Assembly (NCBI RefSeq): GCF_963921235.1
Contig: NC_086097.1
Span: forward strand, 135,906,001 to 135,970,000
Origin: Mobula hypostoma
Lineage: Eukaryota
Direction of reading: 5' to 3'
DNA length: 64,000 nt
Shown: positions 26,201 through 35,118 of the stretch, one piece after another
Position numbering within the stretch: the stretch's first letter is position 1
Layout of the letters: each line of letters opens with the position of its first letter
Made by a program: the position numbers and the translations under genes
The notes under the pieces: model-generated
What the model saw: only the letters and a program-made list of their open reading frames with translations
Databases searched by the model: none
Told to the model about the DNA's origin: nothing

Positions 26201-26309
26201 CCTCTGTCTCTCTGCACTGGTTCCCATCCCTCTGTTGTGAACTAACCTCCTCACACCTAGCCGCTTTAATTTGATTCCCACCCCCCAACCATTCTAGTTT
26301 AAAGTCACC
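23289..26309 (-). CDS. CR1 ORF2: apurinic-like endonuclease plus reverse transcriptase (no AUG start; the frame opens at 26309)
   Basis: APE motifs NARS, ITETW, VYRPP, GDFN and SDH; RT motifs YLDFQKAFDKV, GVPQGSVLGP and FADD; CR1 C-terminus TRGH...FFTQRVVNLWNSLP. About 1000 codons without a stop. Confidence 0.95.
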   Translation of the reverse strand, partial: GDFKLEWLGGGNQIKAARCEEVSSQQRDGNQCRETEGCKVSVEAKSTKGKSKSGRPTNPGQALKRAKRVVKECLKALCVNARSIRNKVDELKVQIVINDYDIVGITETWLQGDQGWELNVQGYSIFRRDRHEGRGGGVVLLVKKEINAIERKDISREDVESIWVELRNTKGQKTLVGVVYRPPNSSSEVGDGIKQEIRNVCNKGTAVIMGDFNLHVDWVNQIGKGAEEEDFLECMRDGFLNQHVEEPTREQAILDWVLSNEEGLISDLVVRGPLGKSDHNMVEFFINMESDVVNSETKVLNLKRGNFEGMRHELAKIDWQMTLQGLTVDMQWQAFKGCMDELQQLFIPVWQKNKSRKVVHPWLTREIRDSINSKEVAYKLARESGSPEDWEKFRVQQRRTKGLIRKGKKDYERKLAENIKTDCKSFYRYVKRKRLIKTNVGPLQTETGELIMGSKDMADQLNNYFGSVFTKEDINNLPEIVRDRGSSEMEELSEIHVSREVVLGKLKGLKADKSPGPDGLHPRVLKEVAQEIVDALVIIFQNSLDSGLVPEDWRVANVTPLFKKGGREKPGNYRPVSLTSVVGKLLESVIKDVITAHLESGEMIGQSQHGFVKGKSCLTNLIEFFEDVTSRVDRGEPVDVVYLDFQKAFDKVPHRRLVCKLKAHGIGGKVLVWVENWLADRKQRVGINGTFSEWQAVTSGVPQGSVLGPQLFTIYINDLDEGIKCSISKFADDTKLGGSVSSEEDAKRMQGDLDRLGEWANSWQMQFNVDKCEVIHFGGKNRKTDYYLNGGRLGKGEVQRDLGVIIHQSLKVGMQVQQAVKKANGMLAFIARGFEYRSREVLLQLYKALVRPHLEYCVQFWSPNLRKDIFAIEGVQRRFTRLIPGMAGLSYEERLDELGLYSLEFRRLRGDLIETYKILKGLDRLDAGRLFPMLGRSRTRGHSLRIEGKPFRTEVRKNFFTQRVVNLWNSLPQQTVEASSLAMFKRKLDMALVATGVRGYGGKAGF
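26294..26303 (-). promoter_or_regulatory. Candidate -1 ribosomal frameshift site U_UUA_AAC followed by the ORF1 stop UAG
   Basis: The minus strand reads ACT TTA AAC TAG in the ORF1 frame. The -1 frame TTT AAA CTA GAA TGG TTG is ORF2. The same motif occurs at 13454-13463 (+). Confidence 0.6.
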
Positions 26310-27674
26310 TCAGTAGCCCCCGCTAATCTCCCTGCCAGGATATTGGTCCCCCGAGGATTTAATGCAAGACTCCCAGAAGGTTAATTTACAGGTTGAGTCT
26401 GTGGTAAAGAAGGCAAATGCAATGTTGGCATTTATTTCAAGGGGAATAGAATATAAAAGCAATGAGATAATGCTGCGGCTTTCTATGACACTAGTCAGGC
26501 CACACTTGGAGTATTGCCAACAGTTTTGGGTCCCATATCTCAGAAAGTATGTGCTGTCATTGAAGAGAGTCCAGAGGAGGTTCACGAAAATGATCCAGGA
26601 ATGAAGGGGTTGACATATGATGAGCATTTGGCAGCTTTGGGTCTGTATTCACTAGAATTTACAAAAATTTGGGAGTTCTCCTTAAAAGCTATCGAATGTT
26701 GAAAGGACTAGATGAGGTGGATGTGGAGAGGTTTTCTCCTACAGTGGGTATTCAGAATTAAAGGGCACAGCCTCAAAATTGAGGGGAGGCCCTTTAGACA
26801 GATGTAAGGAGGAATTTTTTTAGCCAGAGAGTAGTTGATCTGTGGGATGCTCTGCCACAGGCAGCAGTGGAGGCCAAGACCGTGGGTATATTTGAAGTGC
26901 AAACTGACAGTTTCCTAATTGCTCAGGGCATCAAAGGATATGGCGAGAAGGCAGGTGTATGGTTGACTGGAATCTGGGATCCGCCATGATTGGATGGTGG
27001 AGCATGCTGAATGGCCTAAATCTGCTCCTATGTCTTATGATCTTAAAGGAAAATTAGCAAACAATAAATTCAAAACAGAATATGATTCATCTCTTGGCTT
27101 CAGAGTTCCTGTGGGATCCCGATCAACTGCAGAAACAACTACTGTTTGAAAGCCTTTGCATTCCTAATGATCATCACAATCTAAAAGAGAAGCTCTTCGC
27201 ACTGAGGCAGCATGGATCCTTTGTTCTCTGGCCTTGAACTTTGTACTTTAGAACTTCACCCTCGCATCCCCTTGCCATAACTGTGACTTTCTGAATTGTA
27301 GCCATGGATGTTAGAACATATGACAAGACAAGGTGCCAAAGGCAGATAATGACCAAATGATGAAAATTTTATGGCAGCCATAGAGGATTAGTAATTGGTT
27401 GTGATGGAGTGCACCATCAACCATTTTGTTTGTCGGATTTCCACCTAAAATCTAGGTAGCACCTGAGACTTGAGGTCTAAGATCTGAAACCTGAGGTCCA
27501 ATCCATGGGTCCAAAGTCTAACTTTGAGGTCTAAGGTCCAAGTCCAAGGTCAAAGGTCTGAAGCCTGCATAAAGAGCTCTGAGGCTCGAGGTACTAAGCC
27601 CTGAGGACACTTTCTTTCATGTACTGCATCATTCTATGAAAGGGATAACATGCCAGCCTGGGTATTCTTTGAAC

Positions 27675-28180
27675 ACAAGGATGCACAAGACCGAAAGAAG
27701 CTGCAGAAGGTTGTAAATCTAGTCAACTCCATCTTGGGTACCAGCCTACAAAGTACCCAGGACATCTTCAGGGAGCGGTGCCTCAGAAAGGCAGTGTTCA
27801 TTATTAAGGACCTCCAGCACCCAGGGCATGCCTTCTTCTCACTGTTACCATCAGGTAGGAGATACAGAAGCCTGAAGGCTCACACTCAGTGATTCAGGAA
27901 CATCTTCTTCTCCTCTGCCATCCGATTCCTAAATGGACAGTGAATCTTTGGACACTACTTCACTTTTTTTAATATACAGTTTTTCAGTTTTTGCACATTT
28001 AAAAAAATCTATTTAATATACATACACTGTAATTGATTTACTTGTTTATTTATTATTTTTTAAAAATTTTTATTTGTTACTATTTTTTTCTCTGCTAGAT
28101 TATGGATCGCATTGAACTGCTGCTGCTAAGTTAACAAATTTCACGTCACATGCCAGTGATAATAAACCTGATTCTGATTC
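27675..28180 (+). mobile_element. Rex1/Babar LINE 3' end
   Basis: ORF 27650-27892 AQDRKKLQKVV...RCLRKAVFIIKDLQHPGHAFFSLLPSGRRYRSLKAHTQ, ending in AATAAACCTGATTCTGATTC. Confidence 0.8.
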
Positions 28181-28313
28181 TTTTAAATTTGTGACATGTC
28201 AGAGCAGAGAAAGGGCAAACAACAGGAATTCTGCAGATGCTGGAAATTCAAGCAACATGCATCAAAGTTGCTGGTGAACGCAGCAGGCCAGGTAGCATCT
28301 CTAGGAAGAGGTA

Positions 28314-28350
28314 CAGTCGACGTTTCAGGCCGAGACCCTTCGTCAGGGCT
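28314..28350 (-). ncRNA. Minimal type-I hammerhead ribozyme motif (Penelope tail)
   Basis: Minus strand AGCC CUGACGA AGG-GUCUCGG-CCU GAAA CG UC GACU. The core is intact with one stem-I mismatch. Confidence 0.7.
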
Positions 28351-28911
28351 AACTGAAGGAAGAGCTGGTAAGAGATTTGAAAGTGAGAGGGGGAGGGGGA
28401 GATCCAAAATGATAGGAGAAGACAGGAGGGGGAGGGATGGAGCCAAGAGCTGGACAGGTGATTGGCAAAGGGAATACGAGAGGATCATGGGACAGGAGGT
28501 CCGGGGAGAAAGACAAGGTGGGGGGGGACCCAGAGGATGGGCAAGGGGTATAGTCAGAGGGACAGAGGGAGAAAAAGGAGAGTGAGAGAAAGAATGTGTG
28601 TATAAAAATAAATAACAGATGGGCTACGAGGGGGAGGTGGGGCATTAGCGGAAGTTAGAGAAGTCGATGTTCATGCCATCAAGTTGGAGGCTACCCAGAC
28701 GGAATATAAGGTGTTGTTCCTCCAACCTGAGTGTGGCTTCATCTTTGCAGTAGAAGAGGCCATGGATAGACATGTCAGAATGGGAATGGGATGTGGAATT
28801 AAAATGTGTGGCCACTGGGAGATCCTGCTTTCTCTGGCGGACAGAGCGTAGGTGTTCAGCAAAGTGGTCTCCCAGTCTGCGTCGGGTCTCGCCAATATAT
28901 AGAACAACATT

Positions 28912-30189
28912 TTGGATTCTAGACCTAATCAGTTCCCCTCTCCCACCACTCTGCTCCGTCTAACGGAATTAGTCCTTACTCTTAATAATTTCTCCTTTCG
29001 CTCCTCCTACTTCCTCCAAACTAAAGGTGTAGCTATGGGCACCCGTATGGGTCCTAGCTATGCCTACCTTTTTGTTGGCTTTGTGGAACAATCTATGTTC
29101 CATGCCTATTCTGGTATCTGTCCCCCACTTTTCCTCAGCATTGGTGCTGCTTCCTGCACGCATGCTGAGCTCGTTGACTTTATTAAATTTGCCTCCAACT
29201 TTCATCCTGTCCTCAAGTTTACCTGGTCCATTTCTGACACCTCCCTCCCCTTTCTAGATCTTTCTGTCTCTGTCTCTGGAGACAGCTTATCCACTGATGT
29301 CTACTATAAGCCTACTGACTCTCACAGCTGTCTGGACTATTCCTCTTCTCACTCTGTCTCTTGCAAAAATGCCATCCCCTTCTCGCAATTCCTCTGTCTC
29401 CGCCGCATCTGCTCTCAGGATGAGGCTTTTCATTCTAGGACGAGGGAGGTGTCCTCCTTTTTTAAAGGAAGGGGCTTCCCTTCCTCCACTATCAACTCTG
29501 CTCTCAAACGCATCTCCCCCATTTTACGTACATCTGCTCTCACTCCATCCTCCCGCCACCCCACTAGGAATAGGGTTCCCCTGGTCCTCACCTACCACCC
29601 CACCAGCCTCCGGGTCCAACATATTATTCTCCGTAACTTCTGCCACCTCCAACGGGATTCCACCACTAAGCACATCTTTCCCTCCCCCCACCCCGCTTTC
29701 TGCAGGGATTGCTCCCTACGCGACTCCCTTGTCCATTCGTCCGCCCGATCCCTCCCCACTGATCTCCCTCCTGGCACTTATCCTTGTAAGCAGAACAAGT
29801 GCTACACATGCCCTTACACTTCCTCCCTTACCACCATTCAGGGACCCAGACAGTCCTTCCAGGTGAGGCGACACTTCACCTGTGAGTCGGCTGGGGTGAT
29901 ATACTGCGTCTGGTGCTCCCGATGTGGCCTTCTATATATTGGCAAGACCCGACGCAGACTGGGAGACCGTTTTGCTGAACACCTACGCTCTGTCCGCCAG
30001 AGAAAGCAGAATCTCCCAGTGGCCACACATTTTAATTCCACATCCCATTCCCATTCTGACATGTCTATCCACGGCCTCCTCTACTGTAAAGATGAAGCCA
30101 CACTCAGGTTGGAGGAACAACACCTTATATTCCGTCTGGGTAGCCTCCAACCTGATGGCATGAACATCGACTTCTCTAACTTTTGCTAA
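28912..30189 (+). pseudogene. Penelope RT C-terminal half plus GIY-YIG endonuclease (5'-truncated, catalytic YIDD missing)
   Basis: QTKGVAMGTRMGPSYA, LPFLDL, YYKPTD; Cys linker CKQNKCYTC; VIYCVWCSRCGLLYIGKTRRRLGDRFAEH; C-terminal PDGMN. Confidence 0.9.
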
Positions 30190-30478
30190 TGCCCCACCTC
30201 CCCCTCGTACCCCATCCGTTATTTATTTTTATACACACATTCTTTCTCTCACTCTCCTTTTTCTCCCTCTGTCCCTCTGACTATACCCCTTGCCCATCCT
30301 CTGGGTCCCCCCCCTTTTCTTTCTCCCTGGGCCTCCTGTCCCATGATCCTCTCGTATCCTCTTTGCCAATCACCTGTCCAGCTCTTGGCTCCATCCCTCC
30401 CTCTCCTGTCTTCTCCTATCATTTTGGATCTCCCCTCCCTCTCCCACTTTCAAATCTCTTACTAACTCTTCCTTCGGT

Positions 30479-30516
30479 TAGTCCTGACGAAGGGTCTCGG
30501 CCTGAAACGTCGACTG
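30479..30516 (+). ncRNA. Minimal type-I hammerhead ribozyme motif (Penelope tail)
   Basis: Stem I AGUC (30480-30483) / GACU (30512-30515), CUGACGA 30484-30490, stem II AGG/CCU, GAAA 30504-30507, palindromic ACGU stem III, predicted cleavage after GUC at C30511. Confidence 0.8.
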
Positions 30517-32187
30517 TACTTCTTCCCAGAGAAAGGGCAAATGGGCTTTCATGTGTCTTCGTAAGTGAAACTTCGGGTGGTTTCCAATGGAAATGTCATT
30601 CTATGAAGGGCCTTTCCACCAACCACAGAGGGTGACTCAGGAAGACAGCTGGTTGAAGAGAATGACCCTGGATGGGAAACTGTCAAATGACAGAGGATAA
30701 TAGACCGAGGGGAGGTAAACATGGGCTTGACTATGAACAGCCTAGACACATTAAACCACACTGATGAAACCTTTAAACTTGACACCATTTGGTCAGAACC
30801 ATAATTACTCACAAGACTGACAGTAAATGGGAATCTTTACTTGAAGAATGCTACATGATGCACACACAAAGGTTGGTAAAGTGGGTGGAACAGATATTAA
30901 TGAAAATTGAGACACATAATCATTGAATTAACTCAAAACAGATGAGTTCCAGTCATTTCTGGCTCGGCACTCAGTACACCATTAATAGTCAAGAACATCT
31001 ATTGAAAGAGGGGTTGCTGCTGGGAGAATGGAGCTTACAGGAGATCAGGCACGGGCACACAGGGTGCATGACCTTCTGTGATCCTGATTCCAGGATGTAC
31101 ATAATTTAGAAAACAGTCTGTCTGGACTTTACGGAGTCCACTGAGTTTTCATTGTGACTCCTGACCATCCATTTATTTTATAAATTTTATTAAAGTCTTT
31201 TGAGGATTGTGTGTGAGCTGAACTCTTCTTGGGATGTGTGTGTGTGTGTGTATGTGTTTATGGAGAAGGGTTTGTGTTACAAGGGAATAGAGGCTCTTCC
31301 CAATGAATTCAGCAGCTCCTCCCTGGGTCTGGTGTTCCTCAATGTTGTGACAGTTCTTCTGTTCCCTCCAGCACAAAACAAGATATTTCTCTTGTGTGAA
31401 AATACAGCAATGTGTCAGACGGATCTCTCACAGAAAAAAGCCAGAGAGGGTTGATAGATGCTGGTGACCAGTTTTTGTAAATCTAGTTAGCTCCATCTTG
31501 GGTACCAGCCTACAAAGTACCCAGGACATCATCAACCTTTCTGCTGCCATCCTTGTCAGTGTGGGGGACACAGCCAGTGCTCACCATCCAAACTCACCCA
31601 GGAAGATGAACAATCACTGAACAGGGAGCTGTTCAACACCTCTGACCTATGCTAATTTGCAATTGGTTTTAATCATCAATTAGCATAGTTTATAATTGTA
31701 GTTTAACTTTAATTATAGATCAATTATAGTTAAATTATAGCTTGAAATATTGAGATCCAGTGATAAACATTCGTTCAGTGTCCTATCCAGAGAGATTGTT
31801 CAATACAGAATTACATCGAAGCAAAATCATGACAGAAAGCAACATTTAGTGCTACAGTTACAGGGAAAGTTCAGTGCAGGTAGACAAATTACTCCCCTGT
31901 CTGTCCTCTCCTCTTCCCGCAGATGGTGGTTTATGTCAAAGTCAAATGAATGAAGCTTGGTGTTGGGGTCATGTGCACAAGTACATACATGTGCTGCAGC
32001 TTCACAGACACATGGTGTCAGATACACAGCATTCACAAGCTAAACGTACATTAAGCATAACTTAAATGCAACTTTTACAAGAAAGAACAGAATTAGAGTT
32101 TTCCACAATTAGAACAAAAAAAAGGAAGTCCATTGTGCAAAGTGATTGAAGTGGTCATTGCGTTGTTAGAGCTATTTTTCCATAAGA

Positions 32188-32260
32188 GGCTTCATAGCTC
32201 AGGAGTTAGAGCACAGGTCTTGTAAACCAGGGGCCCCGAGTTCAGATTTCACTGGGCGAC
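32188..32260 (+). pseudogene. tRNA-Thr(UGU)-derived pseudogene fused to a SINE
   Basis: GGCTTCATAGCTCAGGAGTTAGAGCACAGGTCTTGTAAACCAGGGGCCCCGAGTTCAGATTTCACTGGG has tRNA arms with anticodon TGT at 32221-32223, mismatched stems and a lost 3' acceptor strand. Confidence 0.75.
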
Positions 32261-32595
32261 GCAGTAGCATAGTAGATAGTGAAACACTATTACAGTGCCA
32301 GCTGTAGGACAGGGGTCCAATTCCGGCTGCTGATGGTAAGGAGTTTAAACATTCTCCTTGTGACTGCATGGGTTTCCTCCGGGTGCTCCAGCTTCCTCCT
32401 AAATTCCCAAAGAGGTACGGTTAGGGTTAGTGTGTTGAGGGCATGCTATGTGGGCACAGGAAGCTTGGTCACACTTGTAGCTTGCTCAGCACAATCCTCA
32501 CTAATATGATTTAACACAATGATACATTTCATTGTATGTTTTAATATTTCAATATACATATGACAAATAAAATTAATCTTTATCTTCAATCTTTC
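32255..32595 (+). mobile_element. V-SINE (HE1-like)
   Basis: tRNA-like head, V-domain GCATGGGTTTCCTCCGGGTGCTCCAGCTTCCTCC, and tail TGACAAATAAAATTAATCTTTATCTT. Confidence 0.75.
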
Positions 32596-32897
32596 CTTAA
32601 ACTGTAGTGATTAGGGTTGTACCAGTCGGTTCAAGAACTGAATGCATGAAAAGAAGTAGCTGTCCTTGAACTTGATTTTGTGTCACTTCAGTCTTCTGTA
32701 CCTCCTGTACAATGGTTGCTGTGAGAAGATTATCTGTCTTGGATGGTGGGGATCTTTGATGATGGGTGTTGCTTTCCTGAGGCAACACCTCCTGTAGATA
32801 GTACCAATGGGGTGGGGGGGAAGGGAAGATTTTAGCGTGTTCAATTCTTCTCCAAGGATCACCTCGTCATGGAGGAGAGAGGCGGTGTCCTCTGGTC

Positions 32898-33480
32898 TTA
32901 GACTCTCTCACCATGGGAAACATCCTCTCCACATCCACTCCATCTTCTGAATTCTAGTGAATACAGGCCCAGAGCCATTAAACACTCTCCATATGACAAG
33001 CTATTCAATCCTGGAATCAATTTTGTGAACCTTCTTTGAACCCGCTCCAGTTTCAGTACATCCTTTCTAAGATAAGGGGCCCAAAACTGCTCACAATACT
33101 CTGAGTGAGGCCTCACCAATGCTTTATAAAAGTCTCAACATTACATCCTCGCTTTTATATTCCAGTCCTCTTGAAATAAGTGATAACATTGCATTTGCCT
33201 TCCTCACGACAGACTCAACCTGCAAATTAACCTTTAGAGAATCCTGCACAAGGACTCCCAAGTGCCTTTGTGTCTAGTTTTTCTGTATTTTCTCTCCATG
33301 TAGAAAAGTCAGCTCTTTCATCTACCAAAGTGCACGACTGTACACTTCCCAACATTGTATTCCATCTGCCATTTCTTTGTCCATTCTCTTAATCTCTTGT
33401 AGCCTGTCCACTTCCTCAAAACTACCTGCCTCTCTACCTATCTTCATAACCATCAATTCCATCATCCAAATCATTGAAAT
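32898..33480 (-). mobile_element. CR1 ORF2 C-terminal fragment
   Basis: ORF 32898-33119 [36 protein letters not shown]. Confidence 0.8.
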
Positions 33481-34454
33481 ATGTGGATCCCAGATAGGCC
33501 ACTACAGCCACCTGAAGATCCAACAATAGACAACCCCCTTAGGAGAACATCATACTTGATTCGATTGATTGCACTCCCACTACTACTACTGCAACAATGA
33601 AACAGAACTCTTTAATCTTCTAAGAAAGTAGAGGAGCAGTCATGCTTTCCTTGTGAGTGCTGGGCTTGGGACAGGATCATTAATATCTGCTCCGAATGAT
33701 AATACAGCACTCATTTGCCATATAACCTGGATCTTTGTGCTGAGGTGGGGCTTGAAATCACGGCCTCCCTCTCAGAGGCAAGAATGCTTGTGAGCGAACC
33801 CATAACAAGCTGCAGTTTAGTACATCTACCACATGGTTCTAACACCAAAGGAACGGTAGTTGTTCAGATTCATCTGTGGCTAACTGACCGACTGAAGGAT
33901 AGTGATGTAAATGCATTATTCTGTCACTTTAGTTTTTGTATTTTCCAGTCTTATGTCACCCTGGTGTGGATTATTCATTAACAATCCAACAAAACTAGCC
34001 AATAAGAGCACAGTTTGCTACCCAACATTAGCTCTGTCTGGAAAGAATTGAGCTTTGTTGCAGCTAATCATAGTGGAAGACCCTGTTGTGCTTTACAGGG
34101 CATTGTAAGTGGACAACATTAACCCTTTTGACTTATTTCCACCTCATAAACAAGAGTGATTGATTTTTAGTTAATCTGTCCCTGAGACATTTAATTTGGC
34201 AAGCGACCTGTATGTCTGGAGCCATATTTGAGGCTTGCAGCAAGAGGGCAAGAGTAGTTAGCATCATACACAAAATTTCAGGCAGCGACTCTTCATTGAC
34301 ATTTCTGTCCGAAATGTCAACTGCTTGTTTCCCGCCATAGATGCTACCTGACTGTCCTACTGAGCGTGTCTGTATTTTGCATGTGTTGATCAAGGTCTCC
34401 AGCATCTGCAGGATCTCATGTGCCTCTGTGGCTGCAATTAGCATTTTATCTCCC

Positions 34455-34635
34455 AATCAGAAGGTTTTGGGTTGAAGTACCACTCCAGAGACCCGAGTAA
34501 GTATTCAGGCTGATGCTGTGGGACAGGACAACTGAGGAAGTATTATTTGGATCAGGTAGCTGCAAAAAGTCCCATTGCATTATTCTGTGTGAGGAAGATG
34601 TCCTGGTGCTTTGGACAGTATTTATGCCTCAGCTT
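34455..34635 (+). mobile_element. Deu-domain SINE remnant (SacSINE/AmnSINE-like)
   Basis: TCAGAAGGTTTTGGGTTGAAGTACCACTCCAGAGAC head and AAGTCCCATTGCATTATT...TCCTGGTG...TATTTATGCCTCA. Similar heads lie on the minus strand near 33740-33790 and 48145-48195. Confidence 0.5.
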
Positions 34636-34699
34636 CTACAAACCAAGATCACCCATCCAGATGCATAACCTGATTTGCCTTTAAATTTGTTTTAAATCT

Positions 34700-35118
34700 C
34701 CTTTTCCGATAAGAGGTACACACCACTAAACTTAAATTAAAAGCGGAAAGCGGAAAAATGAAGGAATAATCTTTACAGAAGAAAAAGTTAACCAATGGGA
34801 GAGCATGACCCTGAATGGAAGACATCCCCATTATCTGAGCAGATTAGATGCCAACAAGGAAGTGTCAAATGCCTGGCTCAGGGTGGGAGACCTTATCCCC
34901 AGAAAGAGGGGTTCCTTAAGGCAATACAGTACCAGGGGGGTTAACACAAAAAAATCAAAAAAACATAATAAAAGATCAACACATGTAACATGATAAATGC
35001 AGAAAAAGTCAAGAAACCAGTAACAATCCAAGACATTATAGGATCCTGCAGCAGTTTAACATAATCTGATTCTTTACACAGGCACAATCAAGTGGCAAAC
35101 ATCATTCCCCAAAATATT
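34700..35118 (+). mobile_element. R4/Dong-clade (restriction-like endonuclease) non-LTR retrotransposon fragment
   Basis: Manual translation across frameshifts gives DKRYTPLNL, QWESMTLNGRHP, SNAWLRVGDL, EGFLKAIQYQGVNTK, DKCRK and TIQDIIGSC...HRHNQVANII (CCHC knuckle plus RHN motif). Confidence 0.7.

Larger units (their letters stand above)
23185..26359 (-). mobile_element. Young 5'-truncated CR1 LINE (end of ORF1, complete ORF2, 3'UTR)
   Basis: (TTTCTATG)n tail near 23183-23213, uninterrupted ORF2, and ORF1 C-terminus NPRGTNILAGRLAGATEVTLN* at 26294-26359. Possible short TSD TAAT (23181-23184 / 26360-26363). Confidence 0.95.
22590..27045 (+). mobile_element. Older CR1 RT/3' fragment split by the young CR1 (pieces 22590-23184 and 26360-27045)
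   Basis: ORF 22627-22980 (YLDFQKTFDKVPH...GVPHGSVLGP...KFADD) continues after the insertion as QDSQKVNLQVESVVKKANAMLAFISRG (26362-26604). Confidence 0.85.
28220..30526. mobile_element. Penelope-like element (Neptune type) with inverted 3' duplication
   Basis: 15-bp TSD CAGAGAAAGGGCAAA at 28205-28219 and 30527-30541. Segment 28220-28904 is a reverse-complement copy of the element's 3' part (about 29930 onward). Confidence 0.9.

Noticed and set aside
27465..27600. Short spaced repeats (TGAGGTC/AAGGTC) as a CRISPR-like array
   Set aside because: Irregular degenerate minisatellite in eukaryotic DNA with no constant repeat-spacer structure.
28196..28645. Overlapping 98-145 aa ORFs repeated at 30183-30635 and 35074-35524
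   Set aside because: They are alternative-frame readings of the low-complexity Penelope 3' region.
32188..32260. Functional tRNA-Thr gene
   Set aside because: Anticodon-stem and T-stem mismatches, a missing 3' acceptor strand and no poly-T terminator; it runs into a SINE.
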